From assembly GCA_003971905.1 (NCBI GenBank), contig RSEE01000043.1, forward strand, positions 248,001 through 312,000: 64,000 nt of DNA. The letters run 5' to 3'. The notes under the pieces were generated by a model. The model searched no databases. It was not told the DNA's origin and was given only the letters and a program-made list of their open reading frames with translations. This stretch comes from Moniliella sp. 'wahieum' (taxonomy: Eukaryota). Made by a program: the position numbers and the translations under genes. Of the stretch, positions 27,036 to 38,560 are shown piece after piece (positions within the stretch are counted from its first letter, which is position 1; each line of letters begins with the position of its first letter).

Positions 27036-28209
27036 GCGGAGGGGGGAGGTGGTGGGGGAGCGCGGGGGGGCGTGGCGGGCGCATGTAGGGTCGGGCTGCT
27101 GGGGCGATCGCCAGGCGCGCTGGACAGCCGAACTTTGGATCGGCCACCCGAGCGCAGCCCAGCGGCGCTGACGTCACACTGCGCTCTCCTGCGGCCCCCG
27201 CGGCGGCCCCCGTGCAGCGCCCGTCAGCGGCAGTCGCATGTCACACCGTCACCTCGCGGCCATATCCCACGCCATCCCATCACCTCCCCGCGTCCGCCCG
27301 CGTCTGCCGCGGGGCGTGTGCTGGTCGAACCGATTGTCATAGTCACACCACGCGTCGCCCGGCCTGCCCGCGCTGGAAAGAGGCGGGCGAGCAGCCAGAC
27401 AGAGGATCGCCCTCGTGCGATTGGTGCGGCCGCACCCAGCCAGTGGGGCGCACAGCCTCGCAGCTTTGCCCGGGCCGGTCGATCTTGCAAGAGCCTGCCG
27501 GGTCGGGGGCTGTCAGACTCAGGCCTCAGGCTCAGGTCCTGGGCTGCCTCTGTTGCCCAGTTGGGGGTGGATGGGGACTGGGTGCTGGCGCTGCTGGATG
27601 TTGGAAATTGGATGTTGGATGTTGGACCGACACACACGCCCCCTGCCGCCGCCAGCCTTGAGCACAGCCATCGGCCACCCGCATCACCAGAGCATCCCCC
27701 CGCTGTGCCGCGCCCAGCACCTTTCAAAATGCAATGTTCAAGCGAACTCTAGTTGAACGTTCAACGGTCGCACTTTCAACTTTCACGTGCCACATGCATC
27801 CCTCACGATGATCGACTGGATTAGCTCGACAAAACTGCGTCTCCTGTAAGGAAGTGCCGGCTGCTCCCCATCTCCCACCCCGCACGTTTTTTTTTCTGCC
27901 TTCGACATAGCTTCACCATGCTGCGGAATGACCGTAACGCTGCCACTTGTATGGAGACCAAAGAGTATGCAACACCCTCCATGGCATTAGTGACGTGCCT
28001 GAAGCCTTCGGGGCTCAGCTCAGCGACGGGAAGTAGCAGCGGGGGACAAGACACTGCCGGAAGAGCTGGGACTGACTGGGACTTGGCTCCCGATGTGGCT
28101 CATGACGAGCGCCGACTCGACTTTTTACTAGTAGTACTTGACCGTAAGAGCGCTGAGACGAGGGCGGATAACGAGAGAGGCAGAACAGGGAAGATGAGGA
28201 TGTCTGCAT

Positions 28210-28365
28210 CGCTCCCATGTCCAATTTCTGTACCGAGCGTCTCGCTCTTTCCCTGTTTTTCCACTTCACACATTAGTCCTCTGCTCTTGCTTCTTCCCCA
28301 CAAACGATTGCTACACCCCTGGCCTAGTCCGATGCTGGTCTCCTCGCCTTAGCCCGACTGTGACA
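28210..28365 (+). mobile_element. Solo/remnant LTR related to the LTR at 45046-45248
   Basis: Shared blocks with 45088-45248: tcgctcccat.tccaatt, ccgagcgtctcgctctt, gtcctctgctcttg.ttcttcccca, ctcgccttagcc(c)gactgt..ca. Ends in CA. Confidence 0.7.
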
Positions 28366-28418
28366 GGGACGTGTGGCTTTTTGCAGCCGCCTACTTCATG
28401 CATCATGCCCACATTCAC

Positions 28419-28490
28419 CTCTCCGATACCCAGCGCATCAATCACCGTAGCTTCCCTCTCCGATATCCAGCACATCGAATCGCCGTAGCT
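28419..28490. repeat. Imperfect ~37-bp tandem duplication
   Basis: ctctccgatacccagcgcatcaatcaccgtagct / ctctccgatatccagcacatcgaatcgccgtagct. Confidence 0.8.
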
Positions 28491-28988
28491 ACGGGGGGCT
28501 GGGGGAGGGAGGGAGAGGGGCGTACCTGAATAAGGGCTACATTCTCATCATGATGATGTACCGCCCTTCGTCTTTTGTCGCTGCCTTTTTCGACACACGA
28601 TATAGGAGAGATAAATATCCTCAGCTATTTAGGGTTGCTGTTGTGGGGCTATCGGCCCATTGAGACAGGATGCGAGACGCCCCTCCCGGTTAAATGAGTG
28701 CTTACGTACAGCGTGTCTGCCCTGTCGCCCGCATCCACACATGCTAATCCAGACCCACCAACCAACCTCTCCTGCCTGCTCCCCTCGTCGTCGCCACCGT
28801 CCCACCACCACCACCCTCATCGCTGCCACGGCCTCTGTTGATCCCACTCAGATCATGGCCCAGCGAGCCCCCAACTGCTCGCCAGCGCTGTGTGGTTCCC
28901 TCCCTCCCCCTCCCCTGGCTACTCGCCTACTGCGCCTACCGCCGCTACCACTCGCTCCACTCGCCCCCCTCCTGCCTCGCACACCATA

Positions 28989-30614
28989 ATGCAGAAGCGC
29001 ACTCGTAAGTCGAGCTCAACCGTCAGCTACAGAGGGAATTCCCCCGACCCTCCACCATCCATGGTCGCATGCAAGCCCGTCGTCATCCTCCGGACATCGG
29101 GTGCGCAGCAAAAAACCCAGGCTTGCTCGGAAACCGACGCGTTCCCCGCACCCCGCCCCTCTGATCAGTCCACCCCAACCCAGCCCCAACCCCAACCCCT
29201 TCCCTGTCTTCTTCCAACCACAGACCACCCACGTTCCGTCTCGTATCCGCTCCACACCGCCCCCTTTCTGTCCGAGAACAAATCCGCCCCGGAGCCACCA
29301 CACCCCTCCAATGTCGTGGTAGAACCTCGGTCTGACCCCGCACCCGCCGCTTCCACTGGGGCCCCCGTATCTCCTCGCCTCCGTTTGCACACGGACCAAC
29401 TTCCTTCTCGTACCCAGCGTGGATCGGTAGCACGCACTCCAGCGGTTGTCGCCCCCGGGATGCCGAGGCAAGCGCGCATACTTCCTTTGGCCACCCAATC
29501 TTCTCAGCTCAAAGACGGTTCCGGTTCCCTCGACCTCACAACGCGGGTAGGAGGTGAGAGGAATGGTAGCCTCGTACCCGTCATGGATCGGGCGTGGATG
29601 CATCTGGGACCAATGGGGTCAAGGGGTCAATGTGACTAATGCGGCAGGTGGGCTTATCAAAAAACGCACTCCCAAAAACAAAGGTCTCCTTCCCCTTCGC
29701 CAGGGCTGGGCGCCCATGGCGGCCTATATAATTATGGCAACACGTGCTACCTCAATCGGTATTGCAAGTGCTAGTACACAGCACCCTTGATTGCACTATG
29801 CCGCGCTGCGCCCTCGATCGAAGGATACAGTCCTTCCCAAGCCTTGGGCGAGTTGGCTGTGTCCATTTGGGCTGGCGGTCCTAATCCCGTGTTGCCCCGT
29901 TCGTTTTATGATCACTTGCCGCCACCCCTCAGTCAGGGGAGACAGGAGGATGCGCATGAATGTCTTCGTCTTTTGGTGGAGGGCATGAGCACGGTCTCCT
30001 CCGATAGAGCCGACGAGGATCCCCATTCGCCTTCCCATCTACCATCCCCCACTCTTCCAGGGCCGCTTCCGGTCAGAGTGACCTGCTCTCATGCAACGAA
30101 TCGTCGGATACGTTTGATGTGTTTGCCGATCTGAGCGTGGACATTGCATTGGGTTGGATCACCAGTGTAAACGATGCCTTGTCCCTATTACTCGGCCTGA
30201 TGTTCTTGCCCGGGGCACGAGTACGTCTGTCCTTCCTGCCACCGGCAATCGGCAGCCACCAAGCAATTTACCATCCACGAAGCTCCCCGGGAGTGCTCAC
30301 CATCCATCTCAACGATTCGATTGGTGGGAACTAAACTCGTTCGTCCCATGTCTTCCCCCGCAGTTGGACCTAAGTCCCTACAGTCCTCGGGAACAGGCGC
30401 ATACGAGTTGTATGCAATTGTGCACCACTTTGGATTGGGTGCCCACAAGGACATTATGTCGCTTCATCCGCGAGATGGAAGAGGCGGGTCGACGGCCTCG
30501 CTGGGTACGCTTCGACGACGAGACCGTGCGTGCTCATTCCTCAACACTGCCGATCCCTCGGCGTATCTGCTCTTCTACCTCCGCCGTCCTGATGGTTGTC
30601 CAACCGCGCATTAG
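28989..30614 (+). CDS. Ubiquitin-specific protease (USP/C19 family, USP36/Ubp10-like), no intron seen
   Basis: Cys box GLYNYGNTCYLN(S)VLQVL (Cys codon 29745); QEDAHECL; FADLSVDI; PGVLTIHL(K)RFDW; His box YELYAIVHHFG..GHYV (~30449); WVRFDDETV; AYLLFY. Several frameshifts; start uncertain. Confidence 0.85.
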
Positions 30615-30666
30615 GAACGATCAAGGCAGGACCCACGGCCTGGCTGTGCCTCTCCCTTATAGGTCA

Positions 30667-31629
30667 TCACCCAACCGCCACGCCTGTACATACGTCTTGG
30701 TGAAACAGAGTAGGTGCCGTGCCCCGCGCGCAGCGTAGACAACATACGCTCACCTTCCTCGGACCAGGAGGGTGAGGTAGGAAGACGAAAGCGATAAAGC
30801 GGAATATGATGCGGGGGACCAGCTTTCGTTCCCCTGCCTCATGACCAACCTTTCCGACTCCGGAGCTCGCAGCGGTGGAGGCGCGAGGAGCTTGGATGCG
30901 CTCATTTGCATCGCCACCTCTTCGACGACAGACCCATTCCCCACCTCGCCACGGAGAGGCCCACCCACCACTTCCATGCCCCGCACAAAGCAACAGGGCC
31001 ACCCATCCCTACCAAACCAGCGAACATTGCCGCCTTGTAGATCCACGGGTCGGAGCAGATTTGGTGTTGGTATGCTCCCCCTGGTTCCCGCATGGGTCGA
31101 TCGGTCCTTGTCATCTTGTGAGGGGTTGTAGGCGGGGGCGGGCAGTGTGAGCGGGGGAGGACAGGGGAGGGGACAAGGGAGGAAACCCGCTTATCTTTTC
31201 TTCTTCCACTTTGCCGAATCGAGAGGAGTGGAAGAGAAGCGTAAAGACGCCGGCCTGGTGCGGCGGGAAGAGCATGCTGTCCACCTGTTCCACCCAACTC
31301 CCGGTCGCGAAGGAAGTCTCAGCCCACGTGGGGGGGCTGGGAGAGGGGAGACCCTAAGAAAGTGGGCCGGACAATCAGAGGAAAACGAAGAAATGAGAGA
31401 CCGCACGACTCTTCTGACCCCGTTTCTTCCTCTTCGCGCATCTCCGCAGGGGAGGACGAAGCTGATGTCGTCGACGGCGGCGAAGGCAGGGCCAAGCTGT
31501 TGTCCCGCCGCCAGGCCGGGGAGGGCACCACGTAGAAGCTCTCGTGGGCGAGACTGGCGGAACCTGCGTCGGACGAAGGCGAGGGGGCTGCAGACCCGGC
31601 GCTTCTTGTCGCTGTGAAGAGACGGACAT
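30667..31629 (-). CDS. Possible small hypothetical protein
   Basis: ATG at 31629 after a CA/CT-rich leader; coding-like minus-strand segments (WAETSFATGSWVEQVDSMLFPP..). No recognisable family. Confidence 0.25.
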
Positions 31630-32067
31630 GAGGCGGGTGGAGGGGTGGAGGATGAGTATGTGTGGGTATGCGTGTGCCGACTGGTTTTTGTGGGCCGGTG
31701 GGCGTCGGGCGGGCAAGGTGAGGGGTGGGCTAGGGTTGCCGTACCGCGCCACTCTCGTCTGGTGTCATTTAACTCACCCCGCAAGCCGCAGCACACCCTT
31801 CATCTTGCCTTCAATGGCCACCCAGACTGAACTGAGGAGTGCTCGCTGAGTGCTCACTGAGTAGTCACTGAGTATGAAGTCTTAGAGCATTGCCGCAGGT
31901 TCCTACCGATCCTCGGCGGTCTCTCAACGCTCCAAACTTCCTATGGTGCTGCGCGCGCGTAGCCCAGCCGCCCGATTGGCTTCTGCACCTTGACTAGAAT
32001 TAAATAGATTGATACGCAAAAAGAAACTGCATGCGACCTTGCTCTTCCCCGTTCAAGGACGGCGGCG

Positions 32068-33317
32068 TTAAAGGTTGTCCACAAAAGAGACGCCCTTGGT
32101 GATGTTGCCAGCGAGGTCGGTCACAGCGTGCTGGATCAGACCGTTCTCGTACTCCGACACTGGTCCTAGTGGGTGAATTTTCTCCACCCCGTTTGGGCCA
32201 AGCGTGATGGGCACACTAAAGAACGGGATCTGGGATCCAACGACCTCCTGCACCGCCTTGCCCCCCGCTGGCTCGGATGCTAGATCGACAAACGAGTATT
32301 CCACCGACGTCGGCTTGCCCGCCGCTGCATCAAGCACTGCCAACGCAAAGCGCGCACCAGCATAGGCCATCGCCAAGGTCGCGCTGCCACTGCCATTCTT
32401 GGCCTTGACCACCTCGTCACCACCAAATTGGATCCGATTCGTCAAAGCCTCAATTTTGGCTTGGTCGACCGACTGCAGATGGGGGATCAGTTGATCGGTC
32501 AGTTGCCAGCACCAACATAGCTCAACAAAATCAGACACAACGCACGCAGACTCGGTGTTGTCTGGCTCAAAAGAGGGACAATGGTCAGGCCCGAGTGGCC
32601 TCCAACGACAGGGACCTTGTAGGTCGATGCAGCATGCGGGGCGCCCGCGGCCTCCGAGACAAAGGTACTAGCTCGTACGAGATCCAGAGTGGTCACGCCA
32701 AACAGACGCTTTGGATCGTAGACCCCCCTTTTCTTGAGCACCTCGGCAAACACGGGTACGGTCGAGTTGACTGGGTTGGAAATGACCAGCACAAAGGCCC
32801 TCGGCGCCGCCTCGGCAACACCCTCGGCAATGCCAGCGCAGATTTTCGCATTGACAGTGAACAGGTCGTCCCGAGTCATACCGGGCTTGCGCGGTACACC
32901 GGCAGGGATGACAACAAGGTCCGCCCGTCAACGCAGCTTTGAGACCATCGTTCTCAGGCAGGTAGCCCTGCACCGTCGAGCCCGTGTCAATGTGGGCCAG
33001 GTCCGCTGCAACACCGGGCGCGTTGACCACATCGTACAACGCTAGCTCGGAAATGGCAGGCGAGCTCTTCAATAACAGAGAAAGCGGCTAGCCTGGATGA
33101 GTGGAACGGGTCAGGACACTAGCATGGAGACTCACTCACGAGGTGCGTGGGTAGGGGGGGGGGGGGGGGGGGGGTGGGGGTCGTACCAATACCTCCAGCG
33201 GCACCGCTGCGGACGAAAACGGGCAGAAGAACGGCGGTGGAGAGGAGGTTAGCTAGCGGGACGCGGGGACATGCACGTGGAAGGGGCAAGAACCCACATG
33301 ACGACAGCCTTGACCAT
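32068..33317 (-). CDS. MDH: NAD-dependent malate dehydrogenase with no mitochondrial presequence (cytosolic/peroxisomal type)
   Basis: [110 protein letters not shown]. Two 20-nt exons (33298-33317, 33187-33206). TAA at 32068. Confidence 0.95.
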
Positions 33318-35072
33318 GGCGGAGGGGTGGAGGATCAGAGGGGCAGATGGTGCTGAAGAGGAGGAATGAAGCTGGGACAAGCCAGAAGCGGCTAGCCCCC
33401 CCACCGGAACCGACCGGCTCGGCCCGACTGAGAGGGACGCACAACCCTACTGGCCCCCTTACTGAGGCACGGAGTGCGCTCTAGCGGCCAGCAGTGGGGT
33501 GGGCCGCACCCTGCCACTGTGCGGGAAAGAGCAGGAGGCGACTGTCCACACGCGGGCGGAAGGCGATCGTCGGAAGACCGCACGGGCTCAGCTCAGCGCT
33601 GACTCAGCGCTGAGACTCAGCGGCACAAGCCTTCGCTTCTGCGGCACGACGCGTGACGTGACGCCCCGCGAGATGGACTGCCATCGCGACTGCGTTGACC
33701 CAGTCTTTGGAGGATGGTGACACGCGCGAGGAGGTGGCCGTGGCAGGCCTTTGGAGGAACAGGATGATTGCGTGGACATTTGGAGTAGTACCGGGACCAC
33801 CTGCAGGGCAAGGTACACACCAACGAAAGAGAAAACGAGGGTCGCACACATCCCAGCGAAATGAGGGGAGTGGCGGGAAGAGTTATTGGTCTGCGCACCC
33901 AAAATCCAACTGACCATTAGTATCTTCGTACTCGTTTATTCTCATCGGCGCCATCGACAATCCCTGGTTCTCTATTGGTTAAACCCATTAACCGAGGTAT
34001 ATGTCCAATGCGTTTGGTACTCGATGGCAGTGCAAGCTGTCCCTGTAGCGCATCACGGTCAAAGCCCTGTTGCTTGAGCCAGTTGCCCACCCAGGCTCCT
34101 TGAACCCCCGCTGTTTTGGGGCGATGCCCCAATCACGCCATCCTGCATGATACATCACCCCGGTACCCTCGATTATATAACTTTTCATCTCAGAGCATCC
34201 TGTACCTCTCCTTAGAACCACCACCTCCATTCTCTCCTTCAGCACCCGCGGCGATGGACCATGTAGGACCCGAATATCCCCATGAAATGACGTTGCCCCG
34301 CTCATTGCCCCTCAGCTGAGGCTCAGCGCCCTCAGCTCAGCGCATCGCGGGCCGCAAGAAGCTGGTGTTCTGGTGATAGATCCAACCGCGGGCATATTGT
34401 CCACCCGAATCAGCTCCTTGACTTTGAGCAGCTCATCAGCGACCCAAGGATGCTGCGGGGCATGTAGAACGCTTGCATGCGGGACCATAAACCCAACGCA
34501 GCAATGACACGCCACAAAAACCCAGGGCGTTCTCATCATGCCACGTGATTAATGATTGTACAACACGAAAGTGTATTGTAGGGCCAAGACCACATTAGAT
34601 CAGTCGGGGCGGCAGCGGCCTCCCGCCACTGCCTCCGGAGCCACTTCAGTAAACGTTCAGCAGGCGGATGAGCACCAAGCGCCTCCTCATCGACCTCATC
34701 AATTAATTTCCTCTGGTGTGGGTGAAGCCATTTGGGTCCAGGAGGATTCGGGTGGCGGAATGCGTGTTGGGCAATTAGAAACGTGCAGGCGGAATTGGAT
34801 AATCAGAGCTACGGTGCGTGTATATCCCTGCGCGAGCAAGCAAACGCTCACATTGCAACTCGTAGGCCCAAGGACTTCAGCCTTCGACCACTCACTCATA
34901 CCTGGGATGACACGTAACGCGTAACGCGTCCCGGCGTCAACCTTGCCAACGACTGTTTTGGTATGCCTCCGCAATCTGTTGAGTCAAGAACCCATCAGTC
35001 AGAGAGTGAAAGGATTGCGCTCGGATCAAACGAAAACGGGATGACTTCGTTTCAAAGAAGAAGGAAAAAATA

Positions 35073-35165
35073 CGACAATGACAGGATTCGAACCTGTGCA
35101 GGCAGAGCCTAATTGATGGTTAGTAACGTTCTAATCAATCCCCTTAACCGCTCGGGCACATTGCC
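35073..35165 (-). tRNA. tRNA-Ser(AGA) with 11-nt intron
   Basis: Reverse complement GGCAATGTGCCCGAGCGGTTAAGGGG ATTGA TT AGA A [CGTTACTAACC] A TCAAT, long variable arm, GGTTCGAATCC, CATTGTCG; oligo-T downstream. Confidence 0.95.
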
Positions 35166-35624
35166 ATTGTTGCAAGGAATCCGCTTTAGATATCTTATCA
35201 ACATCAATGGAAAAGCGAAGTTGAATATCCAAAAGCATCGTTCCTAAAGGCCTACAGGGAAGGAGTAAAAACAGAGACATGGAAACCCGCAAAAAGACGG
35301 GAAATGAGCTTGACTCGTGAGACCAGCCAAACGATGAGAGATCATCGATCATGTGCCATCGATGGGCCCGGACTAGGGCCCAACCCACGGTTTTGGTGTG
35401 TTTTCTTTCCCTTGTGGAGAGAGGACAGACCACCCTCACAGCTGCGATTGTAACGGGGTTGCTGGCTTCCCCAGCGGAGACCTTCCCTGCCCATCGGAGA
35501 CAAGACTCACGGAGGACTAAACACGTTTCAGATCCAAAGTCCAAGGAACACTGGCGTGAACGTCGTGAGTAGTGCTTTGCTGTTCGTCGGGTAGAGCCAG
35601 GAAGCGGCCGCGAGGAGGTTGCAC

Positions 35625-36030
35625 ACGTTACGAGCTTGACGAGAAAGCTGGGAATTCGGAACGGTGGTTCTTCTAGAGTGGAGTTAGCCTAGAAGAAGGG
35701 TGATTTGTAAAGAGATTGGTGGACGGCTTGGGCTTTTGGGCCATCACAATTAGATCTAAGAATAGGCAGGTTTTATATAGAAGAGAAGGGGGACAAAAGA
35801 AAGACCGACAGATCTATAGCTAAAAGTGCATGTGAGGGACACGAGGCAAGAGACGAGGCAACAGAGTCAAGGGCCAAGCTGACCCGAGACGAGATACGGG
35901 CCGAGAAACCGAATCGAAACCTTGCGTAGCGTTTTGGACTTTTAATAGATGAAGGCGAGTGGAGAAGAGGGGATTGTTGTGGGTTTTGTAGATCGGCCAA
36001 TGGGGGGCACCGTCTCGCCGTGGCCACGTT
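35625..36030 (-). mobile_element. Possible LTR remnant
   Basis: Minus strand: CT-rich tract, TATATAAAA, ending AAGCTCGTAAC. The same 12-mer (cgttacgagctt) recurs at ~45263 beside the other LTR. Confidence 0.35.
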
Positions 36031-36859
36031 GCGTATGTACCGGAAAGAGCAAGACTAGTGTGCCTATATAGTACATTGTCCTGGAAAAGGTTGGCAGGAA
36101 GGGCAGCAATGCAGGCAACAACTACAAAAGGGGTTGGGAGAGGTTCTTTGTCACTGGAAGAATGCTACTCTCGTAGGATCACCACGGGATCCTTACAATG
36201 AAGAATGGTTACGGTCGACGGCAATGGGGGATTCCCCACAGAAGGCTGAAAGACCAAAATGTGAGCGGCCCTCTTGCACGACCGGGGTCGGGTTGCACCT
36301 GTTGCGGCGGTAGCGGGTGTGCGACGCCATCTGGAGCGTGCTGAAAGCGCGTTGTCTCCGAAACTAGACGAGAAGTGGCCTGTCTCTGCCCCAGCAGTTC
36401 CCCCTGATTTCATCTGGCTCCGATAGCGGTTCAAACGGCGATGTCAATATATCTCTCAGACCAAGTAAAGACAAAAGTAAAGATGTGGAGAAAACCCGCC
36501 CAATAAAAGGCGTGAGGCCTCTGTTGACGGCAAACCGTGAGCCTCGGCAGATCTGATCCAATCCAAGGTCTGATGCTTTCCAATCCTAATAGAGCTTGCC
36601 CCCGCCCCAACCTAGTCCCTGTCACAGAAGAACGTGAGCGGGTAAGGCCAGCGGAGCCTATACGCGCTCCCTTCCTTCTTCGTTTTCATAACCCCAACAC
36701 CCCAGTTTTGGTTATTGGATCTGATCTGATCTTCTATGAGCTGAGATGTCCAGCGTGTGACCACCAGCGGGATCCACCAGTCTTCCGTATCCGGGCGATA
36801 ACAATTGCCCCTCGCCCACAAGTGAATTGGTAACCATCGCCTGGTTACGGAATTGTCAG

Positions 36860-37760
36860 TAACCCCGTTTGCGACGACCATCGTCGTCCCATGTCCGTTT
36901 ACCTTACCTTGCTAGGTTGCCAGTGCGACAACGCCCCCCCTGTTTTCTCCTGGCTCCCGTTCTTCCTCTTTTCTATGCACTGTTTCCCTATTATTAGTCC
37001 CGATCTGTAAAAGCAATGGTTCGTGGTTTTCCCCCGCGGTATATTCCTCTCCTGTCCTCGCCAATTGTTGATCAATCCAGTACAACAGGCATCTCCTCCT
37101 CTTAGTTATTGCCTCCCGCTCTTTGCCCTCGTCATCCAGCTCCCGTCTCCAACTCTCCGTCCTTCAGTTAATCCAGTTCACATGTGCCCTCCTCGGGTCT
37201 GCCACGTCGAAGTCCAGCTAAGTTCAGCCGCTTGTGATCCCGTTTTCAGCCACATGACCTCTCCAGTTCCAGTCCAGCTCCACAGTCTGTCAGTGTTATG
37301 TTCCCCCGCTGCCAGTTCCCGTCTCTGAGCCCGAAGGCTTCAAACACCCTGTTCCTCCCAAACCAGTGCTATACGCAGCCTTTCGGCACCTACAGCCACC
37401 TCTGCTATAATACGCCAAGAGGCCACTCCCAGTCCCTACTACTATATACGGGCCCCCCCGCTCGGACCCAAAGCGCGAACTACCATGGGTCTACCTTAGG
37501 ACCGCCAACGCATTGTACTGTACCCCTTAACCCTCCCCCCCATTCCCCCGGGCAGGCACCCTGGCGGTGTCCACTCGGAGGAACAATCTCGATCGTGCAG
37601 CTGCTGTACCAAGTTCGGTGCCAAAAAAACGGCCATCCTCTCGATACCACGTTGTATCTATATGGCAACACCAGTCGGCCCAGTTGCCTTGATATTTATA
37701 CAATCTTCTGTTCTTCCCCGCGTTTCTTCCCTTTTTGGGGGATGGAACGGGTTATTATGC
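36860..37760 (+). mobile_element. Degenerate second copy of the internal region of the Ty3/gypsy-like element at 43600-44300
   Basis: Colinear shared blocks with 43850-44230: atccagtaca..caggca.ctcctc, cccg(a/g)aggcttca.acac, cc(a/g)gtgc.a.acgcagcctt, aactacc.tg.gtc.acct, ccctggcgg. Confidence 0.6.
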
Positions 37761-37932
37761 ACACAGACAACTGGGGAGAAAGGCGGTAAACTCATAGTAA
37801 GATTCACTGCATAGCTCCCACAAGAGCTAATATGCCCCCATTCGCATAGGAAGGGAAAATATAAGAACAATGCTGCTGCAGTGCCGCTGGTCGCATGTCA
37901 CCAGTGTATAGTACGCAATTCATCCACACAAC

Positions 37933-38350
37933 ACTTCTCAAGAGTGAAATGATCATCGAGGCCAAACACTCTTGCATCCATTGACATGCGCAGGACCAGG
38001 TACGATCTTGGTGCGGAATTTGGCCACCATGATGGACTGTGGGTGGGACAATGCTCGTACTGAATGGTTCCGGCCTCCGCCCATTTGCGCATTGCCTTGA
38101 GCTCAACGTCGTAGTTCTTGCTGCGACCATGCTTCTCAGTTGCCGTCAAGTAAGCCAGAGCACAGACTGATTGTCTACTAGTTGATATTCATGCTCTTTT
38201 GATTCTTCTCAAAGTCCTTTGCGATCTTGAGCACATGGGTTGCCTCACGAGGGCCTTCTATGGCAGCATTGAGCTCAGCCTCGGTAGTGAACAGGGCCAG
38301 CTTGATCTGCTTGCGATTTGCCCACCACACAGCAGCGCCAGCCAACACAG
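37933..38350 (-). mobile_element. Ty1/copia retrotransposon remnant: RNase H domain, PPT and start of 3' LTR
   Basis: Minus strand VLAGAAVWWANRKQIKLALFTTEAELNAA..VDNQSVL..HGRSKNYDVELKAMRKWAEAGTIQYEHCPT matches the copia RNase H pattern (ISWxSKKQ..ALSTTEAEY..DNQSA..HxRTKHID). Followed by TTGAGAAG-TGTTG at 37933. In-frame stops present. Confidence 0.85.
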
Positions 38351-38452
38351 CGGATCACGAAAAGATCATATATGTTTAAGATATAAAATACCTTCAAAAA
38401 TGTCAGAGGAGTAATTTGCCGTGGGTGAGGCAATTCTGTCAGCGCGCTGCAG

Positions 38453-38560
38453 GTCAGTTACATCGTCGATGTCACCACCCTGAACGTCAGATATGTCCTC
38501 GATGTCATCCCCTTGAACGTCAGATACGTCGCCGACGTCACCCATTTAAACGTCAGAAAC
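38453..38560. repeat. 33-bp tandem repeat, three copies plus a partial
   Basis: gtcag recurs at 38453, 38486, 38519 and 38552; unit ~gtcagata(c/t)gtc..cga(t/c)gtca.cc..tgaac. Confidence 0.85.

Noticed and set aside
26514..27752. 412-aa plus-strand ORF, and other long antisense ORFs (e.g. 55698-56606, 51785-52639)
   Set aside because: Shadow ORFs of GC-rich minus-strand genes; Arg/Gly/Pro-rich with no domain
32030..32080. Cryptic peroxisomal PTS1 on MDH via stop readthrough
   Set aside because: The stop is TAA-CGC rather than TGA-CTA, and the extension RRRP* is not a PTS1; the terminal DNL is non-canonical
33588..34974. Short ORFs between MDH and tRNA-Ser, and those at 10563-13170, 38640-39720 and 41146-42400
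   Set aside because: No recognisable motifs or consistent exon structure; may be decayed elements but cannot be assigned
35118..35128. Spliceosomal branch-point TACTAAC/CTAAC inside all three tRNA introns
   Set aside because: CTAA is simply complementary to the TTAG of the anticodon loop (normal anticodon-intron pairing); there are no GT/AG ends
38453..38560. CRISPR-like array (33-nt period); also the 25-bp array at 61841-61944
   Set aside because: Units are head-to-tail with no unique spacers, no cas genes are present, and the context is eukaryotic
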